Shown here: piece by piece, positions 61,059 through 64,000 of the stretch
Layout of the letters: every line of letters begins with the position of its first letter
Position numbering within the stretch: position 1 is the stretch's first letter
Assembly (NCBI GenBank): GCA_963727445.1
Contig: CAVSGI010000006.1
Span: 640,001 to 704,000, forward strand
Length of the DNA stretch: 64,000 nucleotides
Reading direction: 5' to 3'
Source: an uncultured delta proteobacterium
Lineage (GTDB): Bacteria > Myxococcota_A > Polyangia > Polyangiales > B10-G4
Notes under the pieces: model-generated
What the model was told of the DNA's origin: nothing
The model's input: the letters and a program-made list of their open reading frames with translations, nothing else
The model's database searches: none
Made by a program: the position numbers and the translations under genes

Positions 61059-63768
61059 ATGGCCGATCCGCGCCTGCCCCCGCCCGGGGATGAGGAGGCA
61101 CTCTACGTCCTCGACGTGAGTGGCTACGTCTTTCGGGCCTATCACGCCCTGCCGCCCCTCTCGACCTCGCGCGGCGAGCCGACCCACGCGGTCCACGGCT
61201 TCACCAACATGCTCCTGAAGATGATCAAGGAGCAGAAGCCGGTGTACCTGGCCATCGCGGTCGACCCGGTGGCGCCCTCGTTCCGCAAGGAGATCTTTCC
61301 CGAGTACAAGGCGACCCGCAAGGAGACGCCGCCCGACCTGCACCAGCAGCGTGACAGATGCTTCGAGGTCGCGCGGGCCTACCGCATCCCCATGCTCGGC
61401 GCCGAAGAGATGGAGGCGGACGACGTGATCGCCACCGTCGTGAAGAAAGCGCGCGAAAAGGGTCTCAAGGTCGTCATCTCGAGCGCGGACAAGGATCTGC
61501 TCCAGCTCGTGGGCGACGGCGTCGTGATGTGGGACACGATGCGCGACAAGGTCTACGACCCGGACGAGGCGAAGAAGAAGATGGGCGTGCCGCCCTCGCA
61601 GCTGCGCGACTACCTCGCGCTGGTGGGCGACAGCTCCGACAACGTGCCGGGCGTCAAGCGGGTGGGGCCGAAGACCGCGGTCCAGCTCCTCGAGGCCTAC
61701 GGGGACCTCGACGGCATCTACGCGCACCTCGAAGAGGTGCAGAAGAAGTCGATCAAGAAGACCCTCGAAGAGCACAAGGACGAGGCCTACCTGTCTCAGA
61801 AGTTGGTGACGCTCCGAGACGACGTGGACGTCGAGCTCGACCTCGAGAAGCTGCGCTGGACGGGCGGCGAGCCCGATGTGCTGCGGCCGCTCTTCACCGA
61901 GCTCGAGTTCCACCGGCTGCTCAAGGAGCTGGCCCCGGCGCCGCCCAAGGTCGCGCCGGCTCAGGATCTGCGCATCGTCTCGACGGCGGGCGAGCTCGAA
62001 CAGATCGCGGCGACGCTCCGCGAAGCGGGGCGCATGGTGGCCTTCGTCGCGGTGGACGATCAGGACTCGCTCCACGGCGAGCTGGTGGGCTTCGGCCTGT
62101 CGGCGGGGGGCGACGTCGCGTGGTACGTGCCGCTCGGCCACCGTTATCTCGGCGCCCCCGAACAGCTCTCGGTGCCGGCGGCGCTCGAAGTCCTCGGCCC
62201 GCTCTTCGAGGACGCGGCGCTCCCGAAGATCTCGAGCGACGTCAAAGGGGACGAGACCATCCTGTCGCGTCACGGAGTGACCCTCTGCGGCGTGCACTTC
62301 GACACGACCATCGCGAGCTATCTGCTCGAAGCGGGCAAGCACGCCCACGACCTGCCCAACGTGGCGCGCGAGGAGCTCGGCCAGGAGGTGCCGGACTTCC
62401 TGACCATCGTCGGCAAGACGAAGAAGCACCGCCAGGCCCTGCATCAGGTCGAGGTGGAGCGCGGCCGCGACTACGCCGCCCGAAGCGCGGCGGTGACGGC
62501 GGCCATCGCCGACACCTTCACGCCGCGGATCGAGAGCGAGGGGATGGGCTCGCTCATGAACGACATGGAGCTGCCCCTGGCGCACGTGCTGTCGGTGATG
62601 GAGCGGACGGGGATTCAGCGTCGACGTCCCGCACCTGAACCAGATGGGGCGCGAGCTCGGCGCCGAGCTCGGGCGCCTCGAGAAACGCTGCTACGAGCTG
62701 GCGGGCAAGGAGTTCAACGTCGGCTCGCCGCGGCAGCTCGAAACCATCCTCTTCGACGACCTCGGCCTGCCCGTCATCAAGCGCACCAAGACCTCGCGCT
62801 CCACCGACCACGAGGTCCTCGAACAGCTCGCCGAAGAGCACGACCTGCCCGCCGCCATCGTCGAGCACCGCCAGCTCGCCAAGCTCAAGAGCACCTACCT
62901 CGACGCGCTGCCCAAACAGGTCGATGCCGACACCGGCCGGGTGCATACCGTCTACAACCAGGCGGTCGCCGCCACCGGACGCCTCTCCTCGAGCGATCCC
63001 AACCTCCAGAACATCCCGATCCGCACCGAGATCGGCCGTCGCATCCGTGACGCCTTCATCCCGCGCGAGGGCTGGTCGCTCCTGAGCGCCGACTATTCGC
63101 AGATCGAGCTCCGGGTTCTCGCGCACCTCAGTCACGACCCCGAGTTGGTCGAGGCTTTCCGCGGCATCGGCGACGACGTCCACGTGCGCACCGCGACCTC
63201 GATCTTCGAAGTGCCCGCGAGCGAGGTCACCCGCGAGCAGCGCGGCGCCGCCAAGACCGTGAACTACGCGGTGATCTACGGGCAGAGCGACTTCGCCCTC
63301 GGGCGCAACCTCAAGATCGAGAAGAAGGAGGCGCGTCGCTACATCGACGCCTTCTTCGCGCGCTACGCCGGCGTCAAGACGTACATGGACGAGATCATCG
63401 ACGAGGCGCGTCGCACCGGCGGGACCCGCACCATCCTCGGCCGCCGCCGCATGCTCCCCGACCTGCGCAGCAAGAACTTCCGGCTGCGCTCGGCCGCGGA
63501 GCGCGTCGCCCGCAACACGCCCATCCAAGGGAGCGCCGCCGACGTGATGAAGATCGCGATGGTGCGCATCCAGAAGCAGCTCGAAGAGGAGAGCCTCGAG
63601 AGCCGCATGCTCCTCACCGTGCACGACGAGCTGGTCTTCGAAGCGCCCCAGAGCGAGAAGGCCCACCTCGAAGCGCTGGTGCTCCACCACATGCAGACCG
63701 CGATGAAGCTCGAGGTGCCGCTCGTGGTCGATCACGGGTGGGGCGAGACGTGGGGTAGGGCGCACTGA
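61059..63768 (+). CDS. polA: DNA polymerase I (one frameshift near 62615)
   Basis: FRAYHA, EADDVI, DKDLLQL, GDSSDNVPGV; ATGRLSSSDPNLQNIP, ADYSQIELR, AK.VNY..IYG, N.PIQGSAAD, TVHDEL. Confidence 0.97.
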
Positions 63769-64000
63769 TGCTGGTGGACTCCCGCTGCGGGCGTCTCTTC
63801 GTCCAGGAGCTGGGAGAGGGCCCGCCGGTCGTTCTGTGGCACTCGGTTCTCTGCGACACCGGGATGTGGAGGGGACAGCTCCCCGTCCTCGGTGAGCGTC
63901 ATCGGGTGCTCTCGGTCGACGGACCGGGCCATGGGCGGAGCGCCCCCACGCGCAGCGCCTACACCATGGACGATTGCGTGGAGGCGGCCCTCGATGTCCT
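63768..64000 (+). CDS. Alpha/beta hydrolase, partial (runs off the window)
   Basis: MLVDSRCGRLFVQELGEGPPVVLWHS...MW..Q...RVLSVDGPGHGRS; TGATG coupling to polA. Confidence 0.85.
   Translation, partial: MLVDSRCGRLFVQELGEGPPVVLWHSVLCDTGMWRGQLPVLGERHRVLSVDGPGHGRSAPTRSAYTMDDCVEAALDV

Overview
High-GC bacterial chromosomal window. Gene content (FHA-cyclases, several sigma54 promoters, RpoH-like sigma factors, Cys-rich lipoproteins, TsaP-like LysM protein) suggests Myxococcota, probably Polyangia; this is an inference. Housekeeping genes include groES-groEL with a CIRCE element, rpoZ, accA, trkAH, dksA, moeA, a dusB-like gene, an mltD-like gene, ffh and polA. Other loci are a MoxR/DUF58/VWA operon, cAMP and c-di-GMP signalling genes, and a ~10 kb candidate oxygen-sensing stress module (37.6-47.6 kb). 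That module holds a globin-coupled kinase, an NtrC-type regulator, an RpoH-like sigma factor, CBS-hemerythrin, USPs, a CBS protein and a P-type ATPase, with sigma54 promoters and a shared CGCA-N5-TGC(G/A) motif. Many conserved genes are split by 1-bp indels, most likely long-read consensus errors. Unexplained non-coding structure includes a 56-bp groEL-derived fragment beside a 25-bp inverted repeat downstream of groEL, a dispersed ~100-bp palindromic element, and a 3 x 51-bp palindromic array. Two small ORFs (58 aa each) are missing from the ORF track. I found no tRNA, rRNA, CRISPR array, transposase or integrase. All product calls come from motif recognition by eye; no database searches were run.
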